Source of the DNA: Nitrosospira multiformis ATCC 25196
GTDB lineage: Bacteria; Pseudomonadota; Gammaproteobacteria; Burkholderiales; Nitrosomonadaceae
Assembly: GCF_000196355.1 (NCBI RefSeq)
Contig: NC_007614.1
Location: 450,001 to 482,000, forward strand
Length of the DNA stretch: 32,000 nucleotides
Reading direction: 5' to 3'
Positions 26,740 through 32,000 of the stretch are shown one piece after another (positions within the stretch are counted from its first letter, which is position 1; each line of letters opens with the position of its first letter). A model generated the notes under the pieces. That model was not told where the DNA came from. It saw only the letters and a list, made by a program, of their open reading frames with translations, and made no database searches. The translations under genes and the position numbers were made by a program.

Positions 26740-27507
26740 TCAGTATGATGCGAGTAACGGGTCTTTCTCCATCAGTCTGGCTACACGCTCCAGGTCGGCC
26801 TGGGTGTCGACAGCTTGGGTATTGAACCGGGTTTCCACCATTTTTACACGATAACCATGCTCCAATAGCCGCAGCATGTCCACCGATTCAAGCTTTTCGA
26901 GCGGCGTGGACGGCAGCGTGGAGAATTCGAGCAACGTTTTTCGGCGGAAAGGAATGATGCACACCTGTTTAAAGGCCAGGGTATGCGGAAAATCAGATCC
27001 GGCGGACAGAGCAGACGCCGGCACAGTCGGAATCGGTTGGCGTGACATGAAGAGAGCGTCGCCACGCCGGTCTGTCACAACCTTGATTGTATTGAAGTCG
27101 TAGAAATCCCCTTTATTATCGATGCTCCGCATGAGATTCACGCACCCCAAGTCCGGGTCATGCCGGAACGGATCCACGGCTGCGTCGATCATCTCCGGAT
27201 GAGTCATGGGTTCATCGCCCTGTACCATGACGATAAGTTCAGCATCCATTTCTGCCACCGCCTCGGCCACGCGGTCACTCGCACGTTCGTGAGTATCCGC
27301 AGTCATAATGACCGGTGCACCGAAATTCTCTGCGGCGCGTCGTATTTCGTCATCGCAGGTGGCTATATAGGTTGCATCAAGCGCTTTGCTCAAGGCGACA
27401 CGTTTATACACATGCTCGAGCATGGTTCGGCCCAGCAGGTTCGCAATGGGTTTTCCGGGAAAACGGGACGAACCCATACGGGCCGGTATAACAGCAATTG
27501 TTTTCAT
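26740..27507 (-). CDS. kdsB: KdsB-like 3-deoxy-manno-octulosonate cytidylyltransferase family protein
   Basis: 'VIPARMGSSRFPGKPIANLLGRTMLEHVYKRV', 'TYIATCDDEIRRAAENFGAPVIMTADTHERASDRVAEA', 'VMVQGDEPMTHPEMI', 'TPLEKLESVDMLRLLEHGYRVKMV'. Family is clear; substrate is not. Confidence 0.85.
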   Translation of the reverse strand: MKTIAVIPARMGSSRFPGKPIANLLGRTMLEHVYKRVALSKALDATYIATCDDEIRRAAENFGAPVIMTADTHERASDRVAEAVAEMDAELIVMVQGDEPMTHPEMIDAAVDPFRHDPDLGCVNLMRSIDNKGDFYDFNTIKVVTDRRGDALFMSRQPIPTVPASALSAGSDFPHTLAFKQVCIIPFRRKTLLEFSTLPSTPLEKLESVDMLRLLEHGYRVKMVETRFNTQAVDTQADLERVARLMEKDPLLASY

Positions 27508-27864
27508 GTGGGATTTATGTTAATTGAAGGCGATGAGGCCGAGCTTTTCACTTTGACTGATGACTGCCTTTATTTATCGGGATAGGTTGCCCTTTAAAGG
27601 TGCGCATCAGGCATTGGAGGATTATGTGCTGAATTCTGCAGCTATGGTTTGGCGATTGCAGCAGGAGAGCGGCAAAAATCGGGCTAATGGCTAAGTGGTG
27701 ACTCCATTTTAACAGAAGGCCGGGGAAGTAAAAACATCTGTAATGCTAGTAAAACGGGTATCAGCGCGTGTAGAATTGTAAGATTTTTCCCTGAGAATGT
27801 CTAAAGGACCTCAAAATGAGGAGATGCAGCGTATTGCTTGCGTCCAAGGAATAGGTATGCTGGT

Positions 27865-29187
27865 ATGAAAGCTTTATTTTTCCTTCGTCATTATAATGAC
27901 ATCGATCACATTACCCCGGTCATTTACAAATGGACCAGCAAGGGTCATACCTGCGACATCATCCTGATCGGCAACTCGCGATTCCGGACGGATTATCGCA
28001 TCGGATTCCTGAAAGGCCTCAAGGGTGTGCGGATGGCTTACATTGCGGATGTATTGCCGCCGCTCGACTTTATCAGATGGTTTTTCCAGACGCTGATACT
28101 GATCCGTAGCCTGCGCCGCCCCTTCCTCGGGCCGATCATGAAAAAACTGGAGGAGGTTTATGATGCCAAGCGGCGCGAGCCTGTCTGGCAGCGCACCGCG
28201 GAGTGCTTGTTGACCCGGAGTTTCGCAGCGAATGAGGAAGGCGTGGTGGTGTTTGACTGGATAGAACGCAACTCCTCCATCTGCGTGGAATGGGTCAAGG
28301 TGGTATTGTCGACGGCGCGCCGGATGGGCCTGGGCACGGTATCGCTGCCGCATGGAGACAGTCCCCACGCCAGTCAGTTGATCCGGCGGCGCGAGTTGCG
28401 CCTGGAGCCGGATACCACATTTGCCAATGCCGGCATTTTCGAGAAGGTTGTGGTGCCGAACGAGTTATGCTCGGTGCGTTTTCGCCCTTTCATGGATAAC
28501 CAGAAACTTGCGATACTCGGTTCCCCGCGCTACTGCGACGAATGGCTCGCCAAACTGGCAACGTTGATGCCCCCGTCACCGCTGACGCGAACCGGTAGCA
28601 ACCTCAAGGTGGCGATGTTTCTGAGAAAGAGTAATTTTTCCACTTTCTGGGAAGAAGTGGGAGAGGTAGTGCGCATAGTGGCAGGCTTTCCGGGAGTGGA
28701 ACTTATAATAAAGCCGCATACCCGCGGCGGCTGGCAGCAATCCCTGACAAAAGATATTTCGCTCCGGCGCTTGCCCAACGTGCGGGTAGCAGGCGGCAAT
28801 CTTCATTCCATCCATCTGATGAACTGGGCAGATGTCATTATCGATCTTGCCACTTCTGTAGTATTCGAGGCGGTAAAGGTCGGAAAGCCTGTACTGGCGG
28901 CGGATTACTTGCACGCCGGTCGGTCGGCTCTTGCTGAATACCTGCCGGAAGCAGAATTGCGCTGTCGCGATGATGTGTATAAACACATGGAAAAATTCCT
29001 TACCCAGGGTTGTGATTCTTTTTATATAGAAGAGCATCGTCAACGCTTTCTCAAGGAAATGATCGATGTAGGGGATCCGGACGTGTTATCGCGTTATGTC
29101 GCGCTGCTGGAGGAACAAGTGCGGTCAAAGGCAGACCAGAGCCAGCCCGAGCCGCAAGGCAACACCAAAGATTTCGCTTTTGCCTGA
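27865..29187 (+). CDS. TagB/CDP-glycerol glycerophosphotransferase-like surface polysaccharide protein (paralog B)
   Basis: Nearly co-linear with 10682..12001: 'MKALFFLRHYNDIDHITPVIYKW', 'LGTVSLPHGDSPHASQLIRRRE', 'IKPHTRGGWQQSLTKDISLRRLPNVRV', 'ADVIIDLATSVVFEAVKVGKPVLAADYLHAGRSALAE'. Internal ATG at 27865 matches the paralog start. Confidence 0.67.
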   Translation: MKALFFLRHYNDIDHITPVIYKWTSKGHTCDIILIGNSRFRTDYRIGFLKGLKGVRMAYIADVLPPLDFIRWFFQTLILIRSLRRPFLGPIMKKLEEVYDAKRREPVWQRTAECLLTRSFAANEEGVVVFDWIERNSSICVEWVKVVLSTARRMGLGTVSLPHGDSPHASQLIRRRELRLEPDTTFANAGIFEKVVVPNELCSVRFRPFMDNQKLAILGSPRYCDEWLAKLATLMPPSPLTRTGSNLKVAMFLRKSNFSTFWEEVGEVVRIVAGFPGVELIIKPHTRGGWQQSLTKDISLRRLPNVRVAGGNLHSIHLMNWADVIIDLATSVVFEAVKVGKPVLAADYLHAGRSALAEYLPEAELRCRDDVYKHMEKFLTQGCDSFYIEEHRQRFLKEMIDVGDPDVLSRYVALLEEQVRSKADQSQPEPQGNTKDFAFA

Positions 29188-29233
29188 TCAGCCGGCTTCG
29201 CTGGTAGTTTTCTCAAGGAGGTTACTGAGCCGT

Positions 29234-30280
29234 ATGCCGGCGATGCCCCCCATCGATGTGGTGATTCCCGTCTATAATGCACCAGCGTTGACACGGCGCT
29301 GCATCGATTCGGTCGTTGCCTGCCTGAGCCCATCCATACGCTTCATTTTCATTCAGGACGACGCGTCGGGAATGGAAACCCATGCCATGCTGGATCAATT
29401 GCCGCGCGGGCGCATACGCGTGCACCACGCGCGGGAGAACCAGGGTTTCGGTGCCTCGGTAAACGAAGCAATCAGTCGATCCGATGCATGCTACGTGCTG
29501 GTCCTGAACTCCGACACAGTAGTGGGCGAAGATTTTTTACCGCTCTTATACGCGACACTCGTCGCCGATTCCCGGCTGGCAGTCATCATCCCCGCAGGGA
29601 ATGATTTTGCCGGATATGATTTGAACCGGTATGTGCGGCAGCCGGGCGGCTATGTTCAGACACACCGCCTTCGGGGTCACGCGTTTCTCATCCGCCGGGA
29701 GGTATTCCGGGATGCGAACGGTTTCGATCTGGCCTTCGGCCGCGGCTACTATGAAGATGTCGATCTCGGGCGCCGCCTCAACAAACGTGGTTGGCGGGTG
29801 GGCGTGCATCCGGATGCTCACATACAACATGAGGGGGGCGGCTCGTTCGGGCGGGGCCGCTCCTTCAAGAAACTGGTCAGGCGCAATCGTAAGCTTTTTT
29901 TTTCGCGCCATCCCAGCGCAAAGCGTAATATTCTCCTTCTTTCCGGAGACTGCCCCCTAGCGTATTTTCCATCGAGCCTGCTAGAGGCGCTCGACGAGGT
30001 ATTTTGCGGAGGAGGATACGTTTACTGGCTTTCGCCCGAAGCGGCAGGCATGCTTCTCTGTTTGCAGATGAGGAGCCTCTTGTCAGGCGTGGACGCTGCC
30101 GTGCGGTTATTCTTGTGCAGTTGGCGTGAGGACAAGCGCATTTCGGAAATCTGGATATTGCCCGATGTTCCACGCGTGCGGTATGAGGCACTGACCTTAT
30201 GGGCGCGTATTTGCGGCTTGCGGATACTGACCTGGGAAAGGGTGCCGACCGAAGAAAATTGTACTCCTAGGCTACTATGA
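29234..30280 (+). CDS. Family 2 glycosyltransferase (rhamnosyltransferase-like)
   Basis: From the internal ATG: 'MPAMPPIDVVIPVYNAPALTRRCIDSVVACL', 'HARENQGFGASVNEAISRSDACYVLVLNSDTVV', 'LRGHAFLIRREVFRDANGFDLAFGRGYYEDVDLGRRLNKRGWRVGVHPDAHIQHEG'. Confidence 0.9.
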   Translation: MPAMPPIDVVIPVYNAPALTRRCIDSVVACLSPSIRFIFIQDDASGMETHAMLDQLPRGRIRVHHARENQGFGASVNEAISRSDACYVLVLNSDTVVGEDFLPLLYATLVADSRLAVIIPAGNDFAGYDLNRYVRQPGGYVQTHRLRGHAFLIRREVFRDANGFDLAFGRGYYEDVDLGRRLNKRGWRVGVHPDAHIQHEGGGSFGRGRSFKKLVRRNRKLFFSRHPSAKRNILLLSGDCPLAYFPSSLLEALDEVFCGGGYVYWLSPEAAGMLLCLQMRSLLSGVDAAVRLFLCSWREDKRISEIWILPDVPRVRYEALTLWARICGLRILTWERVPTEENCTPRLL

Positions 30281-30397
30281 ATGCTCTGCGGAGAACGGCC
30301 TTCCAGTAAAGGCGATGCATCTCCTTGCAAGAACTGCAAGGCTTCTGAAGTTTAAAAAAATTCTCCGGCTATCCTTTGGGTTTTTGTATTCACGCCG

Positions 30398-31468
30398 CTA
30401 CAACCATTTTTTCCAGCGGAACAGTAGCAGCATCGCAATACTGATGACTGCCATTGCGGTCAGTACAATAAAAAATCCCATGTGCCATTCAAGCCCCGGC
30501 ATGTACGTGAAGTTCATTCCGTAAATGCCCGTTATCAGCGTCAAAGGCATGAATATGGTGGTGATGACGGTAAGAACTTTCATGACAGTACTGATGCGGA
30601 AACTTACGCTCGATAAATAAATATCGAGCATGCCCGCCGTGACGTCACGCAGCGATTCGATCGATTCGATAATGTGGACAGTATGGTCGTACACATCCCG
30701 CAGGTAGAGCAGAGTATTGCGGCTAAACAGGGGTGAATCTCCACGTTGCAAAGAACTGATTACCTCGCGGAGCGGCCACAGCGCCCTGCGTAAAAAAACG
30801 CCTTCACGTTTGAGTCTTTGAATGGATTGCAAGGTGCTCGGCTGCGGACGATCGACCAGTTCCGTTTCCAGCGCTTCGGTTTTTTCGTCGAGGCGTTCAA
30901 GAATGCTGAAGTAGGTGTCGACCACTGAATCAATCAGGTTGTACATCAGGAAATCGGCACCAAGTCTTGCGCTTTGGCCTTTGCCGGCCCGCAGGCGGTC
31001 GCGGACCGACTCGAATTGAACACCATTCGCTTCCAGAAACGACAGCACGAAATCCTTGCCGAGTACAAGACTGATCTGTTCGGAATATATTCTCTCTTCC
31101 TTACCCCTGGTTTCATACCCGAAGGTTTTGAGCACCACGTACAGGTAATCTCCGTAATCCTCCACCTTGGAGCGTTGCTCTGTGTTGAATATGTCTTCCA
31201 GTACCAGAGGGTGAAGGTTAAAACATGCGCCGAACTGCTCGATCATGTGGATGTCGCCCAGGCCCTGCAGGTTAACCCACTTGACCCCGGAAGCGTGTTT
31301 GATCTTTTCGGCAAGGTCTGCGGGAGCCACCTCGGCTTCACGCACGCCTTCCGGATCGTAATCCAGCAAGGTTATGCGTGGGGACGCGTTTTTCTTTGCC
31401 CCGATATGCACCGGCATGCCCGGCGGCAGGCCTGCTTTCTTGGATCTCTTTTTGGAAGGGGATATCAC
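30398..31468 (-). CDS. corA: Magnesium/cobalt transporter CorA
   Basis: 356 aa; 'KWVNLQGLGD', 'HPLVLEDIFNTEQRSKVEDYGDYLYVVLK', 'MKVLTVITTIFMPLTLITGIYGMNFTYMPGLEWHMGF' with the GMN signature and C-terminal TM pair. Confidence 0.96.
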   Translation of the reverse strand: MISPSKKRSKKAGLPPGMPVHIGAKKNASPRITLLDYDPEGVREAEVAPADLAEKIKHASGVKWVNLQGLGDIHMIEQFGACFNLHPLVLEDIFNTEQRSKVEDYGDYLYVVLKTFGYETRGKEERIYSEQISLVLGKDFVLSFLEANGVQFESVRDRLRAGKGQSARLGADFLMYNLIDSVVDTYFSILERLDEKTEALETELVDRPQPSTLQSIQRLKREGVFLRRALWPLREVISSLQRGDSPLFSRNTLLYLRDVYDHTVHIIESIESLRDVTAGMLDIYLSSVSFRISTVMKVLTVITTIFMPLTLITGIYGMNFTYMPGLEWHMGFFIVLTAMAVISIAMLLLFRWKKWL

Positions 31469-31486
31469 GGCATCCGGATGAGGGTT

Positions 31487-32000
31487 TTATACAGATGCGG
31501 ACAACTTGCTTCCGTCGGCTCCGGCCATGCCAAAACGAAAACCAAGGGCATCCCACTGTTCAATTTCGCCAAGCAACGCGTTATATGTCAAGGGATTGCC
31601 TTCCAGCCACTTTCTTTCAAGATATAAACTGAATTCCTTGCCTCGAAGGCTGACCTCGAGCCTCGGAAGTGCCGTCTCACAGCGGCTGCGATGAAACAAT
31701 GCCGCGAGGCGAAGCGCAAACAGCAGGGCGAAATCAGCCCGCTCTATCATGTTTCCACGCGCTTTGCCGATATCGCCCCGGTGGGCGAGCACAAGCATGC
31801 TTAAGCGCTCCTGCTCCCTTTGGGAAAAACCCGGCATATCGGCATTACCCAGGATATATGCAGAATGCTTGTGGTAACCGGAGTGGGCGACCGAAATACC
31901 TACTTCATGCAGCCGGGCAGCCCATGAGAGAACTTGCAGATGTTCTTCTCCCTCACAGGGAAAGGCCGCCAGCAACTGTTCTCCGAGCAAAAGTGCAGTC
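31487..32000 (-). CDS. ppx: Exopolyphosphatase / guanosine pentaphosphatase (Ppx/GppA) C-terminal part, truncated by the right window edge
   Basis: 'LLSWAARLHEVGISVAHSGYHKHSAYILGNADMPGFSQREQERLSMLVLAHRGDI' matches the Ppx/GppA C-terminal HD-like domain. The frame is open to base 32000. Confidence 0.9.
   Translation of the reverse strand, partial: TALLLGEQLLAAFPCEGEEHLQVLSWAARLHEVGISVAHSGYHKHSAYILGNADMPGFSQREQERLSMLVLAHRGDIGKARGNMIERADFALLFALRLAALFHRSRCETALPRLEVSLRGKEFSLYLERKWLEGNPLTYNALLGEIEQWDALGFRFGMAGADGSKLSASV

Noticed and set aside
29096-29233. 46-codon N-terminal extension of the GT2 gene overlapping the TagB-like paralog B
   Set aside because: It overlaps the end of 27865..29187 out of frame. 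The GT2 domain (PPIDVVIPVYN) starts right after the internal ATG at 29234.
30323-30341. Perfect 7-bp stem hairpin CCTTGCA-agaac-TGCAAGG between convergent genes, considered as a terminator
   Set aside because: On the plus strand it is followed by an A-run, not a T-run. On the minus strand the T-run precedes rather than follows the stem, so it does not meet the intrinsic terminator pattern.
1-32000. CRISPR array, phage defence system, tRNA/rRNA or retron-like element
   Set aside because: No regularly spaced direct repeats, cas-like or toxin-antitoxin-like proteins, reverse transcriptase, rRNA or recognisable tRNA sequence was seen. Apart from the flanking corA/ppx genes, the IS and a few general enzymes, the content is glycan biosynthesis.

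Overview
This window is an accessory surface-glycan (LPS, O-antigen or capsule) biosynthesis region, probably betaproteobacterial. It is bounded on the right by corA and the 3' part of a ppx/gppA gene. It contains: (1) a NeuB-like synthase without a SAF domain, translationally coupled to a CMP-nonulosonate synthetase fused to a KdsC-like HAD phosphatase; (2) a second CMP-sialate-type synthetase coupled to a Gfo/Idh oxidoreductase and an SDR; (3) a Kdo hydroxylase-like dioxygenase; (4) an O-antigen ligase-like membrane protein; (5) two paralogous sugar-transfer-associated ATP-grasp proteins, one of which appears to have lost the ExN metal-binding Glu; (6) two paralogous TagB/CDP-glycerophosphotransferase-like proteins, about 16 kb apart; (7) a six-gene operon (KdsB-like CMP-transferase, HpcH/HpaI aldolase, 2-hydroxyacid dehydrogenase, NAD-epimerase, HAD phosphatase, LicC-like NTP-transferase) that could encode an undescribed activated sugar acid or phospho-substituent pathway. 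An intact 843-bp IS5/IS427-type element, with a TA target duplication and an A6G frameshift signal, has replaced the native C-terminus of a GtrA-ArnT-like fusion glycosyltransferase. The lost 38 codons can be reconstructed from the far side of the IS. All family names come from sequence motifs recognised by eye; no database search was run.
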